The notes: generated by a model not told the origin, from the sequence alone. Shown: positions 8,989 through 17,727, counted from the first letter of the stretch. The stretch: DNA of 32,000 bases from an uncultured Chloroflexia bacterium (GCA_963718915.1 CAVRAI010000003.1:30001-62000), one strand, 5' to 3'. Numbers and translations are program-made.

Positions 8989-9170
8989 GGCTGGCGACTA
9001 AAGTCGTGCCTGAAGGGCCGCGCTGCGCTCGGCCACGAAGTCCGCCTGCGAGGACTGCCAGAGACCAGACAGCGACTCACCATGTGAGTTGTCCAGGGAG
9101 ATCCAGGAGAAACCCGCGACGGCGGGTTTTGTGGCCGCAGGCCATTCAGGCGCGGTTTTAACTGCCCGCG
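8989..9170 (+). repeat. ~180-bp imperfectly palindromic MITE/REP-like element, copy 1
   Basis: The ends match 24736-24910 closely (GGCTGGCGACTRAAGTCGYGCCTGAAGGGCC...CGCTGCGCTC.GCCACGAA..CCGCCTGCG on the left, GTGGCC.CAGGCCAT..AGGCGCGGTTTTAAC.GCCCGCG on the right). The ~65-nt core differs between copies. The left end is an imperfect inverted repeat of the right end. The element contains the hairpin AAACCCGC-gacg-GCGGGTTT plus a T run at 9110-9130. Confidence 0.8.
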
Positions 9171-9229
9171 TCGCGGCCGTCCTTGCAACATGCTAAACCC
9201 GCACTATGGGCGAGAGAGGTGGGTACCCG

Positions 9230-9868
9230 ATGACCGATGAGATGACCGCGACCCAGCGCGCCTTTGCCGATGCGCTGCTGGCGTGCGGCGCGGTGAAGTT
9301 TGGCGCGTTTCGCCTGAAGCTGCACGAGCGCGAGCCGGATGCGCCGCTCTCGCCGATCTACGTGGACCTGCGCGTGCTGCGCTCCTGGCCCGACGCCATC
9401 GATACCGCCGTGGCTGTGCTGGCCGAGATGATTACCGCCAGGCAGCTAGAGTTCACCCGCTACGCCGATATCCCGATGGCCGCGACGCCACTGGTCGCCA
9501 TCCTGATGCACCAGACGCGCGTGCCAATGATTACCCCGCGCGAGGCCAAGACGCACGGCATCGCGGGCACGATCAACGGCGATTTCTCCCTCGGCGAGAC
9601 GGTGCTGGTGATCGACGATCTGGTGACACACGCCGATAGCAAGCTCGAAGCGATTCGCGTGCTCGAAGACAACGGTCTGAAGGTGCGCGATGTCGCCGTC
9701 TTGATCGACCGCGAGCAGGGCGCGCCGGAGCAACTCGCCACCGCTGGCTATACGCTGCACGCCGCCCTCAAGCTCGGCCAACTGCTGGACTACTGGCGCG
9801 CATCCGGCGCGATAGATGAAGCAACCTTCGAGCGGGTACGCGCCTATCAGGCCGCGAACCAGGCGTAA
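9230..9868 (+). CDS. pyrE: Orotate phosphoribosyltransferase
   Basis: Contains FGAFRLKLHE...SPIYVDLRVL and the PRPP-binding loop VLVIDDLVTHADSK. The track ORF starts at 9206, but ATG 9230 (GAGAGGTGGG upstream) is equally plausible. Confidence 0.88.
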   Translation: MTDEMTATQRAFADALLACGAVKFGAFRLKLHEREPDAPLSPIYVDLRVLRSWPDAIDTAVAVLAEMITARQLEFTRYADIPMAATPLVAILMHQTRVPMITPREAKTHGIAGTINGDFSLGETVLVIDDLVTHADSKLEAIRVLEDNGLKVRDVAVLIDREQGAPEQLATAGYTLHAALKLGQLLDYWRASGAIDEATFERVRAYQAANQA

Positions 9869-9874
9869 TAAGGA

Positions 9875-10954
9875 ATGATCTATCGCCATCTGCTGCGCCC
9901 CGCCCTCTTCAACGTTGCTGGCCGTGACGCCGAGGCCATCCACGAGCGCGTGCTGGGGATGCTGGCGCGCGTCTCGGAGTCGCCCAGGCTGACACGCGGA
10001 CTGGCGCGATTCGCAGCGCTAGCGTGGCCCGGCGACCTGGGTCGCCCCCGCGAGGTCTTTGGCCTGCGCTTTCCCCATCCCATCGGGCTGGCGGCGGGCT
10101 TCGATAAAAACGCGCGCGCCGTCCCCGCGCTGGCGGCGCTCGGCTTTGGCTTCGTCGAGATTGGCACCATCACGCAGCAGGCACAGCCCGGCAATCCGCG
10201 TCCCCGCCTCTTCCGGCTCACCAGCGACCAGGCGCTCATCAATCGCATGGGATTCAACAATGACGGCGCCGACGCCATCGCCAGACGGCTCGCCCGGCAG
10301 CCTGAGACGACCGTGCCACTGGGCATCAGCCTGGGCAAATCGAAGGTGACGCCGCTGGAAGACGCCGTCGCCGATTATCTTGCCTCGCTCGACCGTCTCT
10401 ATCCCTGGGCCGACTACTTCGCCGTCAACGTTAGCTCGCCCAATACGCCAGGGTTGCGCGCCCTGCAGGAACGCGCCCGGCTGGATGCGCTGCTGGCGGC
10501 GTTGCAGGCACGGCTACGCGAGCGGGCGGAGATGGAGGGCGCGCGCGTCAAGCCGCTGCTGGTGAAGGTGGCGCCCGATCTGGATGAGACGGCGCTAGAT
10601 GAGTTGGTGGAGGTATGCCTGGCGCGCGGAGCCAGCGGACTGATCGCCGTCAACACCACCATCAGCCGCGATGGACTGAGCGACGCCGTCCCCGCGACTC
10701 TGCGCAATGAGCCAGGCGGACTAAGCGGGCGGCCACTCCACGCGCGCGCCGTCGCGGTGGTGAGCCTGCTGGCGAAACGGACCGAGGGACGGCTGCCGAT
10801 CATCGGCTGCGGCGGCGTCTTCACAGTGGACGACACGCAACGGCTACTTGATGCGGGAGCCTCCCTGATTCAACTCTACACCAGTTTCATCTACGAGGGG
10901 CCGGGTATCGCCCGCCATCTGGCGCACGGCCTGGCAATGCGCGAAAAGGCTTAA
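9875..10954 (+). CDS. pyrD: Dihydroorotate dehydrogenase (quinone), class 2
   Basis: Blocks [57 protein letters not shown] and IGCGGV are characteristic of class-2 PyrD. Confidence 0.92.
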   Translation: MIYRHLLRPALFNVAGRDAEAIHERVLGMLARVSESPRLTRGLARFAALAWPGDLGRPREVFGLRFPHPIGLAAGFDKNARAVPALAALGFGFVEIGTITQQAQPGNPRPRLFRLTSDQALINRMGFNNDGADAIARRLARQPETTVPLGISLGKSKVTPLEDAVADYLASLDRLYPWADYFAVNVSSPNTPGLRALQERARLDALLAALQARLRERAEMEGARVKPLLVKVAPDLDETALDELVEVCLARGASGLIAVNTTISRDGLSDAVPATLRNEPGGLSGRPLHARAVAVVSLLAKRTEGRLPIIGCGGVFTVDDTQRLLDAGASLIQLYTSFIYEGPGIARHLAHGLAMREKA

Positions 10955-10982
10955 AGGACGAGGTTTTCGTAAGGTGACGCGC

Positions 10983-11004
10983 GCCGTGGCCTAAAGACCA
11001 CGGC
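10983..11004. terminator. Hairpin between convergent pyrD and the 371-aa gene (possible terminator)
   Basis: GCCGTGG-cctaaaga-CCACGGC forms a 7-bp stem. No clear U-tract on either strand. Confidence 0.3.
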
Positions 11005-11041
11005 TAATCTCAGCCCCGAAGAACCCGTTGAATGCCGCACA

Positions 11042-12157
11042 CTACAGCAGCATGCCCTGGCAGGCGGCCACCATGCAGTCCTCGCAGACAAAGAGACTGC
11101 GAAAGCCATCGCCATACTCGCGCACTTTGCGGTCCACGCAACTGACGAAGAACATCGTCTTACCGCATTTCGGGCAGGCAGGAACCGACCCCAGTAGTGG
11201 CGGCCCTCCTACGTCCCCAACCACATCTGGCGTCAACATTGTATGGCCGTTACAGTAGATGAGATGGTCGTCATAGGGCAGTAATTCGAGGGACCCACGC
11301 CCCCAAGCCTCATCTCGCTTCGCGTCCGCCCGCATCTGTCTCATCGAGACGATATCGTCGTCATCGTCGCGTACTGTCCGGAAGGTATCGTAACGCCCAT
11401 CGGGCGAGATGGCGCAGAAAGCCGTCCAATTCGCAAAGAGTGGTGGGCTGACCAGATGGAGGCGTGTGACGCCGAGAGCAGGCATCCCAGGCAGCAGGTT
11501 GAGGTCGAAGGAGCAGTAGTGCCAGACCAGCCTCTTCTGCTGGGGATTGCTGACAACGGCGGCGATGGGTAGACCAACTGGGTTGGTCAAGCCCGCCATC
11601 TCCTCCGCCGTACCCTCCCGCTGGCGCAGCCGGACAGCCTGCCGCTCACGCGTGAAGCGCGGGACCGCTGGATTTCCCACATCATCGATCCAGAATCCCA
11701 GGTCTTCGGCAAACCGTTGTCGCTTACCAGCGGCCAGCGCATAGTCTGCCATCGCTCGAAGCGCATACGGCGTACTGATCCCCGCCAGCATCTCTTCCAG
11801 CAGATTGACGAGCTGTCCCGCGTTCACGTCGGCGCTCCGCAGTCGCGACACGATATGATCGACACACCCATCGGGCGCATCTTGCAACAGGTAGAGCCAC
11901 ACGTGAAACGGGAAGAAGAAGTTCATCAGTTCGTCGTCGGGCAGATATACTACATCCCTTTGCAACGGACGAAAGTACTCTGGGCAAATCGCGCCGATAT
12001 AGTAGAAATAGTCCTCCAGGTCGCGCCGATACTTCTCGATGCTGAGTCTGCCCTGGCGCTCCGGCGCGAGCGCCCGCCCTACCTCAAGGAGCGCGCGAAG
12101 ATCGTCGGCTGAGCCAATGGGAAGCTGTAATGTGCCAGTTACTGGTCGCAGTGGCAT
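11042..12157 (-). CDS. Hypothetical protein with YwqG/DUF1963-like C-terminal region ending in a CxxC...CxxC zinc ribbon
   Basis: 371-aa ORF. The C-terminus VGGPPLLGSVPACPKCGKTMFFVSCVD...GDGFRSLFVCEDC follows the DUF1963 pattern (GG.P.....P.C..CG..M.F..Q.D......G....L..F.C..C). I do not recognise the N-terminal ~190 aa. Confidence 0.6.
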   Translation of the reverse strand: MPLRPVTGTLQLPIGSADDLRALLEVGRALAPERQGRLSIEKYRRDLEDYFYYIGAICPEYFRPLQRDVVYLPDDELMNFFFPFHVWLYLLQDAPDGCVDHIVSRLRSADVNAGQLVNLLEEMLAGISTPYALRAMADYALAAGKRQRFAEDLGFWIDDVGNPAVPRFTRERQAVRLRQREGTAEEMAGLTNPVGLPIAAVVSNPQQKRLVWHYCSFDLNLLPGMPALGVTRLHLVSPPLFANWTAFCAISPDGRYDTFRTVRDDDDDIVSMRQMRADAKRDEAWGRGSLELLPYDDHLIYCNGHTMLTPDVVGDVGGPPLLGSVPACPKCGKTMFFVSCVDRKVREYGDGFRSLFVCEDCMVAACQGMLL

Positions 12158-12255
12158 CGTGTCCCCCGTTCCTCATATCAATCTGCTCATGCCTCCAGCC
12201 GCATGTTCACCTGCCTGCCCATTCTCTCCGGCGGGATGAAAATGGGTGTAGCCAG

Positions 12256-12285
12256 TTGCGGGATTTTGGCGGGGAATGCTAAAAT
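12256..12285 (+). promoter_or_regulatory. Candidate promoter for secG
   Basis: TTGCGG (12256-12261), 18-nt spacer, TAAAAT (12280-12285), about 100 nt upstream of the secG start. Confidence 0.3.
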
Positions 12286-12385
12286 AGCATAGATAGTGTC
12301 CCACGTGACCCATTGAGGTGGTGGGACGCTCAAGATTCCAGCAGAACAAGACGAAGCGATTGACATCGAGAAGCGGGGGCGGCGC

Positions 12386-12628
12386 GTGGGCTTTCTCACA
12401 CCATATCTAACAGTTATCCAGATTATCCAGGTCATTCTGGGCGTCGCCCTGACCGTCGCGATTCTGCTCCAGGCGCGCGGCGCCGGGCTGGGTAGTGTCT
12501 TTGGCGGCACTGGTACCGTCTTCAAGACGCGACGTGGTATTGACAAGCTGCTTTTCCGCATTACCATCGTCTTCGCCATCCTCTTCTGTCTGGTATCGGT
12601 GCTGGGGGCTGCTATCCCAGCGGCATAG
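12386..12628 (+). CDS. secG: Preprotein translocase subunit SecG
   Basis: 80 aa with two TM helices and the SecG loop: ILGVALTVAILLQARGAGLGSVFGGTGTVFKTRRGIDKLLFRITIVFAILF. GTG start. Confidence 0.85.
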   Translation: MGFLTPYLTVIQIIQVILGVALTVAILLQARGAGLGSVFGGTGTVFKTRRGIDKLLFRITIVFAILFCLVSVLGAAIPAA

Positions 12629-12770
12629 CACGTCCGTGGCGCAACCGCTGCGCCGGACGGCTGATCGCACCTGAACAACGCGATTCGGTGGCGGATAGCG
12701 CCGCTGGCGACGCGAACCTGGCATCGTTGCTGGAGGCGTTCGCGTGGTACGTCATAAGCCGAGCAACGAG

Positions 12771-12800
12771 GCCCGACTTCTGCGGAGGTTGGGCTTTTTT
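12771..12800 (+). terminator. Rho-independent terminator about 140 nt downstream of secG
   Basis: GCCCGAC-ttctgcggag-GTTGGGC (7-bp stem, one G:U) followed by TTTTTT (12795-12800). Confidence 0.6.
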
Positions 12801-12905
12801 CATGTGTTTGAAAGCGTCTGGAAAGCATGCGCCTGCATGCGGGCGCGAACGTCTTTTCCCGCTGGTGTGTTCGTGTGTCGGGGTGGTTTCTCCGCACGGG
12901 CGCAT

Positions 12906-13154
12906 TCAGCGTTGTTTCTCGAAGTACTCGGCATTGATGCGCGTGAAGTCGCGCCACTCCGGCGGTACCGCGCCCTCCTCGAAGATGGCGTCCACCGGGC
13001 AGGCAGGCACGCAGGCGCCGCAGTCGATGCATTCGTCCGGATCGATGAAATATTGCTCGTCTTCCTCGCGGGCGTGAATGCAATCCACGGGACAGACATC
13101 CACACAGGATGCGTCCTTCACGCCGATGCAGGGCTGACAGATTACGTAGGTCAT
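12906..13154 (-). CDS. Ferredoxin, 2x[4Fe-4S]/7Fe FdxA-like
   Basis: 82 aa: MTYVICQPCIGVKDASCVDVCPVDCIH...CIDCGACVPACPVDAI. Cysteine spacing is classic for actinobacterial/Thermus-type ferredoxin. GGAGAGGA RBS. Confidence 0.9.
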   Translation of the reverse strand: MTYVICQPCIGVKDASCVDVCPVDCIHAREEDEQYFIDPDECIDCGACVPACPVDAIFEEGAVPPEWRDFTRINAEYFEKQR

Positions 13155-13496
13155 ATGCCAACGGGTTCCTCTCCAGGAGCGCTACTTCACGCCTTCCACG
13201 GCGCGCAGTCTAGCGATATCATACCGTCCGCGACGCTGCCTGTCACGTCTGCCATCTCTCGCAAGTATCACCGCGAGCGCCATCAGGAAGACGAACAGAG
13301 CGAAGACAGCATCATCACGTATCATCACGCATTCACACGCATTCATCAATAACATGTATCAAGACATTCCATTTTCACAGCAGCAACTGAGGCGCATGCA
13401 CGCGCTTCGCAATAACGCGGTGGCGAACGCCGCACGGACCCGCGTCCATTCCGGGCGCGCATCCTGCCCCACCGGGCAGGGAGGAGACAGGGATAG

Positions 13497-14534
13497 ATGG
13501 CCATAGGGAACATCGAGCTGGCCGGATTGGATCGGGAGCAACTGCTCCACATGCACTATCAGATGGTGCTCATCCGGCGTTTCGAGGAGAAGGCCGCTGA
13601 GGAATACACCCTTGGCAAGATTGGCGGCTTCCTGCATCTGTACATCGGGCAGGAGGCCAGCGGCGTCGGCGCGCTCAGCGCATTGCGCCCGGGCGATTAC
13701 GTCGCCAGCAGCTACCGCGAACATGGCCACGCTATTCTCAAAGGCGTTGACCCGAAGCTGGTGATGGCCGAGCTTTTCGGCAAGGCTACCGGATGCAGCA
13801 GGGGCCGTGGCGGCTCGATGCACATCTATAGCAACGAGCACCGCCTCATCGGCGGGCAGGCCATCGTCGGCGCGCAGCTTGCCATCGGCACGGGCATCGG
13901 CTTCGCCTGCCAGTATCAGAACACCTCGGACATCGTCACGGTCATGTTCGGCGATGGCGCGGTGGACGAAGGCGCGTTCCACGAGTCGCTGAATCTGGCG
14001 AGCCTCTGGAAGCTGCCGGTCGTCTATTACTGTGAGAACAATCAGTACTCGATGGGCATGGCCGTCACTAAAGCGTGGGCCGTCGCCTCGCTGGAGCCAC
14101 GCGCCGCGGCTCATGGCGCGGCCTACGAGCACGTCGATGGTATGGATCTGCTGGCCGTGCGCGAGACGATGCTGCGGGCGGCGGAACGGGCGCGCAACGG
14201 CGAAGGCCCGACACTGGTCGAGTCCGTCACTTATCGCTTCCGTGGCCATTCGATGACCGATCCGGCCTACTACCGCACCCGCGATGAAGAGGCCCACTGG
14301 CGCTCCTCGCGTGACCCCATCGTGCTCTTCGAGGGAAAGCTCAAGGAGCACGACCTCATCAGTGATGACGAGATCAACGCCACCAGCGAGCGTGTAGATG
14401 CTGAGGTGGAGGAGATCGCGCGATTCGCGGAGGAAAGCCCTGTCCCGGAGGCCGACGATCTGTATGACAACGTGCTCGCCGATGGCACAGGCGCTATCGC
14501 CTGGCGCAACAAGCCCAGCACCCCGCGCGACTAA
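13497..14534 (+). CDS. pdhA: Pyruvate (2-oxoacid) dehydrogenase E1 component, alpha subunit
   Basis: Contains YREHGH, RGRGGSMH and the TPP motif GDGAVDEGAFHESLNLASLWKLPVVYYCENNQY. GGGAGGAG RBS. Confidence 0.9.
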   Translation: MAIGNIELAGLDREQLLHMHYQMVLIRRFEEKAAEEYTLGKIGGFLHLYIGQEASGVGALSALRPGDYVASSYREHGHAILKGVDPKLVMAELFGKATGCSRGRGGSMHIYSNEHRLIGGQAIVGAQLAIGTGIGFACQYQNTSDIVTVMFGDGAVDEGAFHESLNLASLWKLPVVYYCENNQYSMGMAVTKAWAVASLEPRAAAHGAAYEHVDGMDLLAVRETMLRAAERARNGEGPTLVESVTYRFRGHSMTDPAYYRTRDEEAHWRSSRDPIVLFEGKLKEHDLISDDEINATSERVDAEVEEIARFAEESPVPEADDLYDNVLADGTGAIAWRNKPSTPRD

Positions 14535-14591
14535 CACTGGCCGCCAGCGCTCTGATGAATCCGACACATTCGATGGAAGAGATAGAGAACG

Positions 14592-15590
14592 ATGCGAACG
14601 ATTACTTTCCGTGACGCGCTACGTGAGGCCCTGCGCGAGGAGATGGCGCGCGACGAGCGCGTCTATATTCTGGGCGAGGATATCGCCGGATATGGCGGCA
14701 CCTATGCCGTCACCAAAGGCCTCTTCGAGGAGTTTGGCGAGAAGCGCGTCAGAGATACGCCGCTCGCCGAGGAGATCATCATTGGCACGGCCATTGGCTC
14801 CGCGCTGGGTGGTCTGCGACCCGTGGCCGAGTTGATGACGATCAACTTCAGTCTGCTGGCCAGCGACCTCATCATCAACAGCGCCGCCAAGTTCCGCTAC
14901 ATGTTTGGCGGCCAGCCCAGCATCTCGATGGTCATCCGCATGACCGCTGGTGGCGGCGCGCAGCGGGGCGCCCAGCATTCGCAGATGCTCGAAAGCATGT
15001 ACGCCCACATCCCCGGCCTGAAGGTGGTGATACCCGCGACGCCCTACGATGCGAAGGGCATGCTCAAGGCCGCTATCCGCGACGACGATCCAGTCCTCTT
15101 TATCGAGCACGAGCTGCTCTATAACCTCAAGGGCGAGGTACCCGACGAGGGCGAGGAATATACCGTGCCGCTCAACCGGGGCATCGTCCGCCGCGAGGGC
15201 AACGACGTGACGCTGGTGACGTTCTCGCGCATGGTGCATATCTGCATGCAGGCGGCGGAGGAACTGGCGAAGGAGGGCATCGAGACGGAGGTCATCGACC
15301 TGCGCTCTATCCGCCCACTCGATCTGGATCTCGTGCTCGATTCGCTGCGTAAGACCAACCGCGTCGTAGTCGTCGAGGAGGGCTGGAAGTATTACGGAAC
15401 CGGCCAGGGCGTTAGCGCGCTGATCTATGAGCACGGCTTCGACTGGCTGGATGCGCCGGTTGGCCATGTGCATGGCAGGGATGTGCCGATGCCCTATAGC
15501 AAATCGCTCGAACAGTTAGCGCTGCCCGCCCGTAACGATGTGATCGCCGCCGTCAGGGCCATCGTGCCCCAGTCGGCGGGTGCGCGGTAG
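14592..15590 (+). CDS. pdhB: Pyruvate (2-oxoacid) dehydrogenase E1 component, beta subunit
   Basis: Blocks ILGEDIAGYGGTYAVTKGL, RVRDTPLAEEIIIGTAIG, PVLFIEHELLY and IDLRSIRPLD are typical of E1 beta. Confidence 0.9.
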   Translation: MRTITFRDALREALREEMARDERVYILGEDIAGYGGTYAVTKGLFEEFGEKRVRDTPLAEEIIIGTAIGSALGGLRPVAELMTINFSLLASDLIINSAAKFRYMFGGQPSISMVIRMTAGGGAQRGAQHSQMLESMYAHIPGLKVVIPATPYDAKGMLKAAIRDDDPVLFIEHELLYNLKGEVPDEGEEYTVPLNRGIVRREGNDVTLVTFSRMVHICMQAAEELAKEGIETEVIDLRSIRPLDLDLVLDSLRKTNRVVVVEEGWKYYGTGQGVSALIYEHGFDWLDAPVGHVHGRDVPMPYSKSLEQLALPARNDVIAAVRAIVPQSAGAR

Positions 15591-15604
15591 AAGGGATCGC
15601 CGAC

Positions 15605-16979
15605 ATGCAGACCGTGGTGATGCCCAAGATGGGCGACACGATGGAGGAAGGCAAAATCCTCCGCTGGATCAAGCACGAGGGCGACACTATACAGAAGGGC
15701 GACGCGCTGGCGGAGATCGAGACTGACAAGGTCAACATCGAGGCCGAGGCGTTCGCCGCGGGTGTCTTGCGCAAAATCATCGCGCAGGAAGGCGAGAGCA
15801 TTCCCATTGGCCAGCCCATCGCGCTGATTGGCAAGGCCGACGAGCCGCTACCCGATGAAGCCGCTAAGACCGCCAAATCCGCGAAGTCCGCCAGCAAACA
15901 GGCGCAGGCGAACGGCACAGCCGCCACCGCGACGCCTGCCAGCGCGGCGAGAACAGCGGTTGCCGAGCCACCATCCATATCAGCGCCAGCGCCGGAAACG
16001 ACCGACGCGGGGCATGCGGGACAGAACGGCGGGCGTACCTTCATCAGTCCGCTGGCTCGCCACATCGCCGCCGAGCGTAATCTCGACATCTCGCATATCG
16101 CGGGCACTGGCCCCGGCGGGCGCATCGTGCGTGACGATGTACAGGCGTACCTCGCCAGCCCACAGGAGGCCGCAGCGACTCCCGCCACGTCCCTGGCTCC
16201 ACAGGCACAGCCCGCGCCCGCTGCTCAGCCAGTCGTACCGGTCGCGCCATCTGTGCCCGCTGTACCAGCCGCAGCGCCCGGCGAGGAGGTGCGCGCGCAG
16301 CCGCTCTCGAACATGCGCAAGACGATTGCGCGGCGGTTGCAGCAGAGCATGCAGACGGCGCCGCACTTCTATGTGACGGTCGCCATCGAGACGAACAAGC
16401 TGGGCGAGGTACGCGGCGCTATCAACGAGTATGCCGCCGGGCTGCCGAATCCGGTCAAGGTCAGCTACAACGACCTGATCGTGAAGGCGTCGGCGCTGGC
16501 GCTGGAGAGTATGCCCGAAGTCAACGTCTCGTTCGACGGCGAGCAACTGCTCTTCAAGTCGCATATCAACGTGGGCATCGCGGTGGCGCTGGAGACCGGG
16601 CTAATTGTGCCGGTGATTCGCGACGCCGATAAGCGCGGCCTGCTCGATATCGCGCGTGAGTCGCGGCGGCTCTCGGATGCGGCGCGCGCGGGCAAGCTGA
16701 CGCCGGAGGAGTTTAGCGGCGGCACGTTCACGGTGAGCAACCTGGGCATGTACGATGTCGAGGAGTTCACCGCCGTCATCAATCCACCGGAGTCGGCGAT
16801 TCTGGCGGTCGGGGACGATTGTGCCGACGCCGGTCGTGCGCGAGGGTCAGGTGGTCGTGCGCGACATGATGAAGGTGACGCTCTCGGTGGATCACCGCGC
16901 GCTCGATGGCGCGATTGCCGCGCGCTTCCTCCGGGAGTTCAAGCGCCTGCTGGAAAACCCGATGGGGATTTTGGTATAG
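15605..16979 (+). pseudogene. pdhC: Dihydrolipoamide acetyltransferase (E2), reading frame broken by one extra G at 16811-16814 (true frameshift or sequencing indel)
   Basis: Contains a lipoyl domain (EIETDKVNIEAEA), an E3/E1-binding domain (ISPLARHIAAERNLDISHIAGTGPGGRIVRDDV) and a catalytic domain up to [12 protein letters not shown]. The remainder, [39 protein letters not shown]...ENPMGILV*, lies in the +1 frame (track ORF 16755..16979). Confidence 0.85.
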
Positions 16980-16997
16980 ACAGAACCTCACCCCCTG

Positions 16998-17027
16998 CCC
17001 CCTCTCCCAGTGGGAGAGGGGGTTTTT
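16998..17027 (+). terminator. Rho-independent terminator after E2
   Basis: CCCCCTCTCCC-agt-GGGAGAGGGGG forms a perfect 11-bp stem, followed by TTTTT. It abuts the stop (17029) of the convergent minus-strand gene. Confidence 0.85.
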
Positions 17028-17028
17028 G

Positions 17029-17727
17029 CTATGCGCGCTGCTTGCGCTGCACCAACTGGCCAGCGACCAGGATCGCGCTCGCGACTGCCAGGAACAGCCC
17101 AGTGTCGATTGCGCCGCCGTAGGCGATGCCAGGCGCGAACCATGGCGCTGGCAGGCCGTCCAGCAGGAAGAAGCTGAGGCCCAGCAGACCCGCGCCAATG
17201 GCCGCCACTGGGGCCAGCAGATCGAGCAGATGCGCGCCATAGGAGAAGACGAGCGCCGCCCGCAGGTTCAGATAGCGCTCGGCCAGCGGGCGCAGCAGCG
17301 TCACCAATCCGGCGGCCATCAGCCCTAGGCCAGCCAGCAACTCGCCCCATTCGATGACGACGCCGAAGAACGCCGCGTTTGGCAGCACCAGAGCTTGTAG
17401 CATGTCCGCGAAGAAGTCGGGCAGGCGTCCGCCGCCAATGGCCGCCGTCAGCAGGCCGCCCATCTTGTCAGGGAACGTGCCGAGCAGGACTTTATCGACG
17501 CCCGAGACGAGCCACTCGTAGCCGACGAGCAGTTGGAGTCCGGCCAGCGCGAGATTCGGCGTGGAGATACCGGGCAGCGGCATGCGCCGTGTCCGCGCTC
17601 GATAGGCGCGTACAGCATCGAGTCGGGTGCGTAGCTCAGGACGGCTCCATGGGCCACGCTGTGGTATGCGTCTGGGTGCGGGACGTGTCCTTCCCGGTGT
17701 AGTGTGCGGGTCGAGTTGAGTAGCCAT
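17029..17727 (-). CDS. Integral membrane protein, DoxX/DoxD-like (tentative)
   Basis: Four or five hydrophobic helices (LAGLQLLVGYEWLVSGVDKVLLG..., FFGVVIEWGELLAGLGLMAAGLV...). I prefer ATG 17727 (GGAGG 7 nt upstream) to the track start at 17871. The family assignment is weak. Confidence 0.6.
   Translation of the reverse strand: MATQLDPHTTPGRTRPAPRRIPQRGPWSRPELRTRLDAVRAYRARTRRMPLPGISTPNLALAGLQLLVGYEWLVSGVDKVLLGTFPDKMGGLLTAAIGGGRLPDFFADMLQALVLPNAAFFGVVIEWGELLAGLGLMAAGLVTLLRPLAERYLNLRAALVFSYGAHLLDLLAPVAAIGAGLLGLSFFLLDGLPAPWFAPGIAYGGAIDTGLFLAVASAILVAGQLVQRKQRA

Noticed and set aside
9092-9130. PyrR-binding-loop-like words (UCCAGGGAGAUCCAGGAGA) just upstream of a terminator hairpin between pyrF and pyrE
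   Set aside because: The match to the Bacillus PyrR consensus (ARUCCAGAGAGGYU) is only partial. The terminator hairpin belongs to the conserved arm of a repeat element that also occurs after an unrelated gene (24736-24910), and no pyrR is in the window. Not supportable as an attenuator.
12187-13161. 324-aa minus-strand ORF spanning secG (antisense) and the ferredoxin gene (alternate frame)
   Set aside because: It is out of frame with the ferredoxin (start 13154) and antisense to secG. It also crosses two intergenic regions and a terminator, and its sequence is Arg-rich.
13359-14567. 402-aa minus-strand ORF covering the whole pdhA region (also 14619..15473 and 15553..16188 opposite pdhB/E2)
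   Set aside because: These are shadow ORFs typical of high-GC DNA. The opposite strand encodes strongly recognisable E1/E2 proteins, while these translations are Arg/Ala/Gly-rich with no recognisable motifs.
16815-17122. 3' tail of track ORF 15605..17122 ([21 protein letters not shown]...)
   Set aside because: This is post-frameshift read-through. It passes through the terminator hairpin and into the antisense of the next gene, and the conserved E2 C-terminus is in the +1 frame.
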